From Octopus vulgaris (Eukaryota), in assembly GCA_951406725.2 (NCBI GenBank), contig OX597828.1:21638001-21702000 (forward strand): 64,000 nt of DNA, written 5' to 3'. Position 1 is the first letter of the stretch, and every line of letters starts with the position of its first letter. A program made the position numbers and the translations under genes. Below, one piece after another: positions 38,573 to 52,092 of the stretch. The notes below the pieces were generated by a model that saw only the letters and a program-made list of their open reading frames with translations, was not told the origin of the DNA and ran no database searches.

Positions 38573-39084
38573 TTTGTATATTTTTATTTTATTGTAAATG
38601 CAAAAGAATATCGCGAACGAATTGACGTAAGCTGAAATAATAAACCGCGATAGGTGAACCGCGATATGGCGAGGGATTACTGTATATATACATGCAAACG
38701 AATGTATATAAACACACACGCACAACGCGCACACACACATACGCACATACATGTTTGTAAGTAAGTTATAATAAAATTCATGTTTGGATACTATAGTAAC
38801 CGGTCAGGCCTGTATTGCGCGCGATCATACAGGCTAAAAAAACTAACGATAGCACAAAGGATAACGCACAGCATTCTATATCAGCTTGTCCGATTATTCT
38901 GTTACCCGAGCATGAAACTTATATGTAGCTGGCAACAAGGTAAGCATGTTTGGCAACGGGACTCCTGAGAAGGAGGATCTTATAAAGAGCAAAGAAAGGA
39001 AAAGAGACAAGACACTTTCGTCCTTGTAAAAAACACACACACACACACACACACAATCGCACGCATATAATTACGCAGACACAC

Positions 39085-39410
39085 ACGTAAGAACACACAA
39101 GCACCTATACACACTCATACAAGCACACACAAGCACACGCACACAAGTACACACACAAGCACAGGCACAAGCCCAAGCACACACACACACACACTCACAC
39201 AAGCACACACACACAAGCACACACACAAGCACATGCACAGAAGTACGCTTACACACAAACAAGCACACACACAAGCACACGCACACAAGTACACACACAC
39301 ACACAAGCACACACACACACAAGCACACACACACAAGCACACAAGTACGCACACACTCACCCAAGCACACACACACAAGCACATGCACACAAGTACACAC
39401 ATACGAACAC
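39085..39410. repeat. Minisatellite of (CA)n units punctuated by AAG
   Basis: About 20 variable units of CACAAG(C/T)ACAC. Confidence 0.9.
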
Positions 39411-39534
39411 ACATACAGTATGCGTTTGGGAATAAAATATTTCCATAACTGTATATAGATAGATAGATAGATACATCTGAGCGCTTCTCAAAAAGCTATC
39501 TTGGTTTGTTCACACACATCGTAATATATATATA

Positions 39535-39897
39535 GTGGAGGTGCAATGGTCCCGTGGTTAGGGCAGCGGACTCACGGTCGTAGGTTCGCGGTTTCGATTC
39601 CAAGAGCGGGGCATTGTCAGTGTTTATTCAGCAAAAACACCTAGAGATTCACGAAGTTTCCGCAAGAATGGTGGTGGGAGTGGCGAACCCTGCTGTACTC
39701 TTTCACCACAACTTTCTCTTACTCTTTCTTCCTATTTCTGTTGTACCTGTATTTCAAAGTGTTATGCTGAATCGCCCTGAAAACTACATTAAGCGTTCAC
39801 GTGTTTGTGGAGTGCTCAGCCACATGCACGTTAATTTCGAGAGCAGGCTGTTCCGTTGATCGGATCAACTGGAACCCTCGTCGTCGCAACGGACGAA

Positions 39898-39900
<3 letters not shown>
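39535..39900 (+). mobile_element. tRNA-derived SINE family E
   Basis: GGAGGTGCAATGGTCCCGTGGTTAGGGCAGCGG...GGTTTCGATTCC head; tail GAGCAGGCTGTTCCGTTGATCGGATCAACTGGAACCCTCGTCGT; sits between TA tracts. Confidence 0.8.
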
Positions 39901-39973
<73 letters not shown>

Positions 39974-40211
39974 TTATGTATATATATATGTGTGTGTGTG
40001 TGTGTATGTGTGCGTGTAATTAAGATTTCACTGAATTAAGTACTTAAATTTAGGTACATGTCTAGGTCCGTATCATCCGCCCACCCAAACTATATTAATT
40101 GAATAGAGTGAGGAAAAGAGAGAGAAAAAGCAAGAGTGAAAGAGAGTGTGTGTATTTGAGATAGAGAGATAGAGAGGGGGGAGGGAGGTATAGAGAAAGG
40201 GAAAGAGATAG

Positions 40212-40291
<80 letters not shown>

Positions 40292-41120
40292 ACGGCTATC
40301 AGTTGGAACAGCTGTTTCTTACGATCAGCTTTTTCGTCGATCGATCGAGCGATCGAACCCTTCAGCATGTTTGAAATAAAAAAAAATGAATTTACATGTT
40401 GGAGGTGTGAGCGTTTGATTTTGTTGTCAGCCCTCAAGCATCAAAATATTCTCTTTGAAATTAACGAGGAAAAACTTACGCGTGTGTCGGCACATTGAAA
40501 CAAGTTCTATTTCCTGTTATTCTATTTTTTTTTATTTTTAAGTCTGCGATAATGCGACAAATTATATGGAATCCGGAATTTCGTTGAGAGAAGCACCATT
40601 AACAATAATTTTTATTTTATTTCATTTTATTTTATTTTATTTTTCCCAGCTTGCTGACGCACCAGTCGACCGACAGGCCTATCTAACAAAATTATTGTCG
40701 TGGTGTATTATCTCAGTTTATCTCACACATGGTCATCTAGATATATTAGATTCGATGAATTTCTAACAGAAAGATGTATTGAACAATTTTATGTTTTGTA
40801 CTACAAAGTAAACACGACTACACACATACATATATGCAGATACGCACTTACGCATACACACACACACAGATGCATACACACTCATACACACACAAATACA
40901 TAGATATATAAATACAGGCATAGATGTTTAAGTATCTAGATAATTACATATAGAGATAGAACAAATCTTTCTACACACGCGCGCGCACACACACACATAC
41001 ACACATATATATATATATGCTTGTATAAATGTATGCATATGAATATACACGTATATATGTATATCTACCTCTCTGCATCTATTCATCCATCACCCTATCT
41101 ATCTCCATTTTTCTTTCTCT

Positions 41121-41152
<32 letters not shown>

Positions 41153-42205
41153 TACATATATATGTATATATATATATACATATATGTATATATAAGTATA
41201 TGTTTATGTATGCATGTATATGTATGTGTATATATGTATATATGTATACGTACGTGTGTGTGTCTGTGTGTATAATAAGAGATTGAATCAGACAATTAGA
41301 CATATAGATAATCAGAAATATATATATAGACATATTGAGTGAGATGGAAGATAGAACACTAGAAAACTAGGTGCATACAAACTTATATATTTATATATAT
41401 ATATATACATATATATATGTGTGTGTATGTGTGTGTGTGTATGTATATACATCTACATATCGATAGACAGAGATGTAGATAGAAATATATGTATAGAGAT
41501 AAATGGTTGAATATTTTTTTTTCAAAAAAGGAGTAAGGTGGATAGATTAATACACAGATATATACGTTAGATAGCTAGTAACAGAGCCACAGAGATTTCT
41601 TCAGCAAACATCGAAGCAAGGTTGTAAAAAAAAAAGACAAAAACGAGTATTGATAATATAGAGTTGGAGAGGAAATTGTTTATACTAACTTCCGTGATAT
41701 AAGTGGCCTTGTGCCAATGTAGGGGAAAAACAATACAAAATGTTGTAAGAGATCTCGCTATCAGAGTTTTGCGTTTGATGTTAAGATCTAAGATGGCCTG
41801 GTTAAAAGATATCACACGTTGCCGGAGTGTAGCGGGGCTGGAGAGAGAAAAACGAAAGAGAGACCAGAGAAGGAGAGAGACAGAGAATCATGAACATATA
41901 TATATGTATATATATATATATACATACATATATGTGTTTAGTGGGGAAAATGGTGGAAAGCATTAAAATGATAAGCGTCAGACTGAGATAAGAAATAGGT
42001 AAAAACGTTCAAGATATTCAATAAATACGTATTTTTACGTGTGATAGATGCGATGTTTACATATGTTGCACATACAGTAATACACACATTCCCGTTGATA
42101 TATCTATACATTTATATATACACATTCTCTTCACTCTCTCTCTCTCTCTGTCTCTCTTTCTGCCTCTTTCTTTGTCTCTCACTCATAGTCGCATACACAC
42201 CCGTA

Positions 42206-42248
<43 letters not shown>

Positions 42249-42270
42249 TTATATCCTAGCATACATATAT

Positions 42271-42325
<55 letters not shown>

Positions 42326-42367
42326 CACATACAAATATGCATATAGATATGTGTATACATATATATG

Positions 42368-42413
<46 letters not shown>

Positions 42414-42849
42414 GAGATATACATATACTTATATGCATACATATATATGTGTACATATACACATAAAATACATACATATATATGTATATATATATGTGTG
42501 TGTATATATGTGCTTGTATGTGTACATGTATTTGTATGTGTACATGTATTTATGAAGAAAATTATTCGTTACATAACCTTATTAAATTTTCTCCTATCTT
42601 TTTCATTTTTCTTGTATATTAAGCTAATTTGAACTAATGAGCGTGTGTCGGAATACTCAATATATCACTGAACATTCTAGTACGTGATGTAGGCGGATCA
42701 TCCAACGCTGTTTCAATCCTTATCTTTTAAAATTTCTACATCAGTAATACTGCAATGGCGACTATTAATTTCTGGAAACACCCAAATCCATCAGTAACCA
42801 AAAAGTTCTCTTATTTGCGGTATCCTTATTTTGGCCATCGGTTGCTTAG

Positions 42850-42985
42850 TCGGGGCCATTAGTTTTTTCATTATGCCTATGTTCTGTCTAAGTGCTGGTC
42901 TAGGAGTTTCTTCCGTTTTACCAAATCTTTTCAAATTCTTAAGAGTGTTTATTGTCGATATCTTCTGTCCCCGAAAATACCTGCT
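42850..42985 (-). mobile_element. Possible Tc1/maT transposase N-terminal scrap
   Basis: ISTINTLKNLKRFGKTEETPRP weakly resembles the STIxxxLKRxxxxGxxxDxPRxGRP motif. Confidence 0.25.
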
Positions 42986-43139
42986 GATTAATATTAATGG
43001 CATAAGCAAGATGGCGTGTTGGCAGAAACATTATCATGACGGACAAAATGCTTTGCGATAAAGAACCGTAATAAATCCTGTGAGACATTTTGTCCAACGT
43101 ACCAAAGATTATGTCATACGCATAATCGCATATTATTTA

Positions 43140-43330
43140 GGCGAAATGGCAGAAATTTTAAGGGGAAACCGGCTTATCAGTTTTATCGATCCCAGTATTT
43201 GACATAATTTATTTTATCGACCGCGAAAAAATATGAAATGTCGATAAAGGAGATATTTGTGCTGGGAACATAAAGAGTTCGATTACATACCGCTACATAT
43301 TCCGTCTGATGCTCTAACGATTCTGTGAAG
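43140..43330 (-). mobile_element. SINE family B, diverged
   Basis: ATCGATCCCAGTATTTGAC...TTTTATCGACCGCGAA...GCTCTAACGATTCTG. Confidence 0.6.
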
Positions 43331-43939
43331 CGACGTCCCAAATCAGAAGTAGAAAGAAAGAAAAACTACAAACTAAAAGAGAAGCAATTTTTAACTTCCG
43401 GTATAATGACATAGTTTTGTATATTCGTTTGACCAACGCCGTGAAAAGCCTGCTTTTATCTATTTTATCATCAGCCTCCTATCTGTGATAAAGTGCATTT
43501 AACCGTTGGGCAATACGTATTGTTGATAAATGTAAACTAAACCGGTGAAGGACGTGGCGAATAAAACACCAAACGTTGTAGTTAAACAGATATCCAAACG
43601 TTGTAGTTAAACAGATATTCAAAATGTTACTTTTATACATTGCAGTCATTTTAAAAATACAATATCGTCAGCTGTCATAACTATGTACTCGTAACCAGTT
43701 ATAATTCACCATCGGCCTCTTCACCCTTAGGCGATTGAGGCATTGCAGATGTGACTGCGTAGGGACAGAAAATTGTACTATAACGAGATTAGTTTGAGGA
43801 GGACTAGGAAACTTCCCCTCTCTATACTGATACAGTTCGGCACCAATGTCGTCACAGTGTTTGTTATAGGAACGCCAAGGGGCAAAACAGATACCACAAG
43901 GTATCGTACCCGACTCTTTGATAGTTCCGATAGCCCACC

Positions 43940-44085
43940 TCCCTGGATTAGTAGGTGTTCTTTTATCAACCCCTAAAAGATGAAATACAGAGATGAGCTA
44001 TGTAAGATTTCAACTCAGAACGCACACGTTTAAGACAAATATCGCGCGGTATTCTATCCAACACTATAATGAATCTGTTAATGTG
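43940..44085 (-). mobile_element. SINE family B, diverged
   Basis: TTTTATCAACCCCTAAAAGATGAAA...TTTCAACTCAGAACG. Confidence 0.55.
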
Positions 44086-44764
44086 GTGCCTGACTGCAAA
44101 GTACTTACGAAGCAAAGGCGGGAGAGACATGGCTCAAAGCTAACAGTGAAAGAATATATGCTCAACAAGTAAATAAATCAGTTGTTATATAAAATTGTGA
44201 CAGCTGCATCCAGTTTGTGGCGGTTGCGAGAATCCCGGAGAGATTAAGCGTGCTGGAAACGGACTGAGGGACCTATATCGCTGGTAAGCATCAATGTTGT
44301 TGGGTGTCGCTGTAAGGATGATGCCATATATTTCTAGGTTTCTTGTTGTTCTTTCTATCAGCCCCAGTAGAACACAGCATGTTACAATTTGGGCTTGATA
44401 CTTTAGTCTCAATGCTAGTGCATTAGAGTATTAGAATGTCTGTGAAGGCGTTCAAAACTAGTTTTTATAACCAGATATACTCTGCAATTACGGACGTCCG
44501 TGCTGCCAGATAATAAATAATGCTATAGACTTGCAGAAGCTTCTATAGCAATAGCTACAGTTAAAACGATGAATCAGAAGGGGACATAGGGTGCCAACTC
44601 TAACCCAGATACTATTATAGCCATTAATTACTCAAAGCTAGGTAGAAACAAGTTTTGAGTAATTAATGATCCCTACCTTGTAATAACAATCATCCACATC
44701 AACAGCAGCCATTTTGAAACTTTATGCCTAAAGAAAGGATGTGTGTGAATGGAGAGGTGGTGGA

Positions 44765-45085
44765 TGTCTGTCCTCAACGATGAGGATTCACTTGTCCGAT
44801 TAACGGAATTGTCTGCTCCTCAATTAACAGATAATGTGTTAAGAATTCTCCAGTCATTGTATCGTTAGGTAATTCTCAGCGAGTCACTGTTGTCAGAAGA
44901 CTACGCATTTTGAATTAGGGGTACAATCCACCCGACGAGCTTGTTTTCAGTTTTCTGTTATCCACTTGCATTCAAAAACTTGGGGCTGACCCGAGGTTAT
45001 AAAAAATGTGGTTTGTCCTGGATATTATGTTATAGGATCGAACTCGGAAACTTGTGGTTGAGAAGCGAACTTCTTAAACCATTCG
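44765..45085 (-). mobile_element. Old SINE with family A-like head half and family E-like tail
   Basis: 44770-44920 is a diverged reverse complement of the 39750-39890 tail. 44940-45082 resembles the family A 5' half in reverse. Confidence 0.55.
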
Positions 45086-45327
45086 ACCATTCTGTGCTTA
45101 CGCGAAGAAAAACAACTGCTCTCTCATCCCCCAAATATACAGACAAGAAGGTTATATCACAAATGATAGTGCAATTAGTTTTCAATAACTACAAATGATT
45201 TGTAATGACATAATTTTGAAAGTAAAATATCTTGGAATATGTAGATTTCCAACATTTGGTCAGGAGGCAAGGCACAGGCATAACTAATCGCTAGTAAAGA
45301 TAAAAAATGACACACATAACTAATCAC

Positions 45328-45472
45328 AGGCGACGGAGTGGCTGTGTGGTAAGTAGCTTGCTTACCAGCCGCATGGTTCCGGGTTCAGTCCCACTGCGTG
45401 CCACCTCGGGCAAGTGTGTGGATTTGGTAGACAAAAACTGAAAGAAGACCGTCGTATATATGTATATGTATA

Positions 45473-45508
<36 letters not shown>

Positions 45509-45769
45509 TGTATGTATGTATGTATGTATGTATGTATGTATGTATGTGAGTATGTGAGTGTCTGTGTTTGTCCCCCAGCATAGCATCGCTTGACAATCGA
45601 TGCTGGCGTGTTTATGTCCCCGTAACTTAGCGGTTTGGCAAAACAGACCGATAGAATAAGTACGAGGCTTACAAAGAATAAGTCCTGGGGTCGATTTGCT
45701 CTACTGAAGGCGGTGCTCCAGCATGACGGTAGTCAAATGACTGAAACAAGTAAAAGAGTAAAAGAGTAA
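45328..45769 (+). mobile_element. SINE family A, near full length
   Basis: Head, internal (TATG)n and (GTAAAAGA)n tail. Confidence 0.9.
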
Positions 45770-47350
45770 GGTGAGGAATTAATGGCGACAGAGAGCATTA
45801 GATTCTTTATTGCTTGATAGACTGTGCGAAGCAGCTCTGACAAGTGTATATGTCCATGTACATGTATTTATGTATTGAGAGCTTATCCTAACTATTCCGC
45901 ACTTTGTATTCTCTACTTGAATGTTTCTCGAGTGATACCAAATGTTTCGCTTTTTCGTTTTCAATTTTCATGTAATTTTTTTTCAATTTTAATCTACCCG
46001 CTCAAGGAGAAACAACTTCTAGCGCCACGTATGATAAGCAATTTCAATATCACTTTTTTCAATTGTAGTTCAAGCTGGAGTTTTAGTGTCAAACGAAAGT
46101 GAGCACCCATAGTATATACCTATTACATTAATTCAATTGAAGAGCTCTTTGCACACTCACACTCTCCCTCTGACACTCCCCTCCCTTTCTCTCTCTATAT
46201 ATATTATATTTGTATACTTGTAAGACATAAATGTAGAAGTATATATATATATATATACATACATATATGCATACACATATATATCCTCATATAAATATAT
46301 ACATATACATACATCGATGTATGTATATACATTCATAAACATAAAATATATACACATACATTTTTACACATTCACACGTAAACATATGTATATATGTATA
46401 TATATATATGTATATATATATATAAGCACGTATAAATATATACATATACATACATATATATATATGTATATACATTCATATATATACAATATATACACAT
46501 ATTTATAAACACACTCGCGCGCACGCACACACACACTCATATATATTTGTGTGTGTGTGTGTGTGTGTTTGTATTGATTTCCTCAATGTCTTCTGGATTC
46601 AGTTGATTTTGAAGGGTGATTTTTGTATTTGTATATGTGTACATGTTCGTGTTTGGAAATTTGTGGAATAACGGAACACAGTACAATAATGGTAAAATGA
46701 TTTGTTAGAAACGATATCGAAGTTATAGGATACGATGCCATCTGTTGATGTTTTTCTTTCTGTTCTTGATCTTTAGCTAAGGCAGCCGGACTATGTTAAT
46801 TCAATGTTTAACGAGCGAACCATTCGACGTTCGAAAATGGCCGCCGAGATGCGAAAAGACAAAAACAAAACAAAGATACACAATACGTAACAAAGAAGAC
46901 AAGAAACCGAAAAAGGCGAAGAAACGAAGGAAGCGAGAAATAGAAAAGCTAAAGATAAACAAGCTCTCTTCCTATAGATATGGCGCTTCCTTTCTTTAAC
47001 TTGTTGACACTGCACAAAGATTTATTGTACTGCAATTTGATTAAAAGGTTTCCTTTTATTCCATAAGTTCTCTCCCTCCATTTCTCACTTCGTTTCTTTC
47101 TTTTTTCTTTCTTTCTTTCTTCCTTTCATTCTGTCTTTCTTTGTCTCACTCAGTGTCACCCTCTCCCTCTCTTACGCTTTCTCTCACTCTCTTTCTGTCT
47201 TTCATTTACGGTTGGTTTTATTATCTCGAGATATTCACATATTCTCTACTACATAACTGTGTTGTTTAAGTGATAGTATGTTGGTGGTAGTTTATGTCGG
47301 TAGTGGTGATGGTGATGCTAGTGGATGACAATATTAGTAATAAGTAGAAA

Positions 47351-48180
47351 CTTTAGCATGCCTGGCGAAATACTTAGCGCTATTTCCTCTGTCTTTACGT
47401 TCTGAGTTCATATTCCGCTGAGGTCGATTTTCTCTTTCATCCTTTCGGAGTCGATAAATAAAGTACTACTTGCGTACAGAGGTTGATCTAATCGACTGGC
47501 CCCTACCCGCAAAATTTCGGGCCTTGTGCTTAGAGTAGAAAAGAATAAGTAGAAAGATGGGGAGCTGGCAGAACCGTTAGGACGCCGGACAAAATGCTAA
47601 ACGGCATTTCGTCTGTCTGCACGTTCTGGGTTCAAATTCCGCCGAGATCGACTTTGCCTTTCATCCTTCCAGTATCGATAAATTAAGTACCAGTTGAACA
47701 CTGGGGTCGATGTAATCGATTAGCCACCTCCCCCGAAATTCCTGGCCTAGTGCCAAAATTTGATACCAATATTAATAATAAGTAGAAATGCGACGAGCTG
47801 GCAGAATCGTTAGCACGCCGGACAGAATGCACGCTCTGAGTTCAAATTCCACCGAGTTCGATTTTGCCTTTTTATCGTTTCTGGGCTGATAAAATAAATA
47901 TCAGTTGAGTACTGGGGTCCATGTAATCGACTTCCGCAGTCTACCGAAAACGCTTGCCTTGTGCCGAGAATATGAAGAGAGTAATGTAGCGAGCTGACAG
48001 AATTCTTTGTGCGCCGGACAAAATGCTCAGCAGCATTTCGTTCGACTTTATGTTCTGAGTTCAAATTACGCTCATGTCGACTATTCCTTCCATTAACCCG
48101 CGGTCGATAAAATAAGAACCAGTTGAAAACTGAGGGTCAATGTAATCGACTATTTCTCCCCCCACCCCTAAATTTCTCGA
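47351..48180 (+). mobile_element. Four tandem family B SINEs
   Basis: Copies at about 47351-47543, 47556-47766, 47789-47975 and 47986-48180, with nested TSDs. Confidence 0.9.
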
Positions 48181-48460
48181 ACTCGCATCTCCAGCAGTCA
48201 TGACAGGTGTTTTAACATCGTACATCGGCAATTCTCCGAATTCCTCTATCTTTTTGAGAAGATTTATTCGTTTCAGCGAGAACTGTATGGCGTCAACCCA
48301 ACGTGGATCTTATAACTATCTGAGAGAGAGAGAGTGAAAGAATTTATTTTCACGAATCCTCGTGGATATCTCAAAAAGAACATAAACCATACACTCACAC
48401 ACGTTCGTGCCGGTACACGAACGCACATACACACACAAATATATATTGTATACATATGAT

Positions 48461-48501
<41 letters not shown>

Positions 48502-48721
48502 TATATACATTTATATTTGTAGGTACCAATATATGTATATTACGCATGTTCAAGTTATCAATAACTTTTTATCTATGTATTTATATACTTGTCCATCTTC
48601 TGTCTCTCTCTTTTTCCTTTCTTTCTTTTCCTTTTCTTTCGTTCTTTCGTCTGTCTGTCTGTCTGTCTGTCTGACTCTCTGTCTCTCTCTCTGTCTCTCT
48701 CTGTTTTTTCTCTCTCTCTCC

Positions 48722-48818
48722 CTATCTGTCAATCTATCTATCTATCTATCTATTTATGTATGTATGTATGTATGTATGCATGTATGTATGTATGTATGTA
48801 TGTATGTATGTATGTATG

Positions 48819-48874
<56 letters not shown>

Positions 48875-48876
48875 CC

Positions 48877-48930
<54 letters not shown>

Positions 48931-48957
48931 CATCCATCCATCCATCCATCCATCCAT
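48722..48957. repeat. (TATC)/(TATG)/(CATC) compound microsatellite
   Basis: Read directly from the sequence. Confidence 0.95.
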
Positions 48958-49398
48958 GCAGCTAGCTAGCTACCTAGATATGCATGCATACTCTTAAATA
49001 ACTGGATATGGCTAAGAAGTCTTTGAATGGATCTCTCAAGGAATTTTCTGTCACATCATGTGAAAATTTTTACCAACACTACACATAAAGCGCAGAATAT
49101 AATTAATATAACAAATAAAAAAAAAATACTCGCGAAACAACCCAAATATAAACAACGCAAAAACAATCATTCAAAAACAACAAAAATATCCCAAGGAATG
49201 GAATTATAAAGAACAAGACAAACATAAAAACATGAAAAGTAAAAAGAAAAAAAAGAATCACATAAACAACAAGAACTTCGGGTAATCTTTCGGAGCAATA
49301 AATCTCGATAACAATTTGTAAATCCGTTTCCAAGACAGAGGAAGAATCCTGCTAATTAGAATCAGGAACTTTTCTAAGATTTGCTTTCGTTGGATAAA

Positions 49399-49435
49399 TG
49401 TAAACACCAATCACAACAATGGCGGCCATTGTTGT
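49399..49435. promoter_or_regulatory. Candidate enhancer motif cluster (Fox, CCAAT, palindromic Sox pair)
   Basis: TGTAAACA, CCAATC, then ACAACAATGGC-G-GCCATTGTTGT with 11-bp perfect arms. Confidence 0.3.
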
Positions 49436-49538
49436 TGCTCTTGTTGCTCTTGTTGTTGTTTAGTTTGTGTGGGGTTTTTGTTCGGAAGAGAACAGACGGA
49501 TCTCATTTTTCAACTTTCGATTTTTATTCAATCGTCAA

Positions 49539-49699
<161 letters not shown>

Positions 49700-49729
49700 A
49701 ATATACATATATATTTATATATATATATA

Positions 49730-49822
<93 letters not shown>

Positions 49823-49989
49823 CTGTTTATTTATAAGGAACTCGATTAACGTTATTGCTTGTCGATGGAAATAACAAAGAACGATGATGATGATGATGAT
49901 TATGTTTTTGACAATAATGATGATCATAGTTTTTCTTCTCCTTACTACCAACATTACTACTACTAGTACTACTGCTGCTGCTGCTGCTG

Positions 49990-50077
<88 letters not shown>

Positions 50078-50160
50078 TACCTCTGCTACTGCTACTGCTA
50101 TATCTAGTGTTGTTAGCCTTATTGCTTTTATTATCATTATTATTATTATTATTATTATTA

Positions 50161-50346
50161 AGGAGGTGAGCTGGCAGAATCTTTAGCACCCCGGGCTAAA
50201 TGCTTAGCGGTATTTCGCCCGTCGCAACCTTCTGAGTTCAAATTCCTTTTGGGGTCTTTAAATTAAGTATCAATTGAGTATTGGGGTCGATGTAATCGAT
50301 TACCCCACCTCCCCGCAATTTCAGGCTTCATGACTATAATAGAAAA
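50161..50346 (+). mobile_element. SINE family B in an (ATT)n tract
   Basis: AGGAGGTGAGCTGGCAGAATC head; tail TTTCAGGCTTCATGACTATAATAGAAAAG. Confidence 0.85.
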
Positions 50347-51134
50347 GATTATTGTTATGGCAATGATAGTGAAAATGATGCTGATGATGACAATAATGAT
50401 AATGACGATGATGATGTCGATAGCGCCTGTGACGACAGAGACGATGATGATGTAGATGATGATGATGATGTAGATGATGATGATGATGTAGATGATAATG
50501 AGGGGAACTAGGAGGTGGAGCAAGACTACGATGAAGACGAAATCGATGATGTTGATGTTGAAGAACGTCAGTGAAGAACAGGACGACGATGACGATCATG
50601 ATGATGACGATAATGATGATGATGATGATGATGAAGAAGATACTACAACGGCGACGACTATGAGGACGATGATAATGGTGATACGAAGCGTCATGATGAT
50701 CACAGCTATTTTGACAAAAGCGATGACGATGTCAAGGACGCCGGAATGACAGTAACGACAAAAGTTGATGACGAATTTAGAAAGAACATAAAGAAATCGC
50801 TGAACCGAGGACGATGAAGAACGATGATCAGTGTGTGATGGCTTTTCAGGGCCTTTAGTAAAATGTGATGAAGTGGGTGTCATTGATACTGTTGTTGTTG
50901 ACGTTGTTGTCGCCATTCATAGTGTTCGTTTTATTGTTGTTAAAACGTTGAGAAGACGACGATGGGAACGATAGTGATGATGACGGCCACAGACGTTGCC
51001 AAAGACGACGATGACGGAGGCGAGAACGATGATGTCAATGCTGAGGGTCCTGCTGCTGCTGCTGCTGCTGACAATAATGATGACGACAGTACATTTGTCT
51101 TCAATTACTAATCCCACACATGTCACAGATGATC

Positions 51135-51213
<79 letters not shown>

Positions 51214-51214
51214 A

Positions 51215-51245
<31 letters not shown>

Positions 51246-51378
51246 GTACATATAAACTACCTATCTACGCACCTATCTATCTATGTATATATATACATAT
51301 ATATATACATATATATATATATATACATATATATATGTATATATAAACTACCTATCTACGCACCTATCTATCTATCTG

Positions 51379-51429
<51 letters not shown>

Positions 51430-51603
51430 ATATGTATGTATACATATGTATATATATATATATTTATGTATGCATATGTGTACAAATATATAGATAGCAA
51501 TATACTCTATAGGTATGAAGAGCTAGATAGATTGATAGATATGCACACATATGCGCATGTTCATTATTATATACTTGTGTGTATATATATACATATACAA
51601 ACA

Positions 51604-51653
<50 letters not shown>

Positions 51654-51667
51654 TCTCTCTCTCTCAT

Positions 51668-51705
<38 letters not shown>

Positions 51706-52025
51706 AATATATATGTATACATGTACATGTATATAAACACACACATATGGACATATACCCACATATGTATATATATACCTGTATGTGTGTGTGCGTGTTT
51801 ACATACATACGTACATACACACACACAAATACATATATACATACAAATACAGAGGCGCTTATACTCGCATGGCGAAAAACAAATTTGAGCGCGTGTGTGT
51901 TTATTAATATATATTTTTTTTAGAACAGGAATTCCATTTCTCTTTTTTATATCTATTTATCCTTCTCTTCTCTGAAAAGAAGCTGTCCACCTTGGAAAGG
52001 CAAACAATAATAATAATAATAGTAC

Positions 52026-52092
<67 letters not shown>

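Noticed and set aside
43569-43620. 25-bp tandem duplication (similar short ones near 51250/51341 and 60466/60499)
   Set aside because: These are ordinary slippage duplications.
44185-44500. Possible RTE fragment on the minus strand (SFERLHR...IETKVS)
   Set aside because: The similarity is too weak and fragmented to call without a search.
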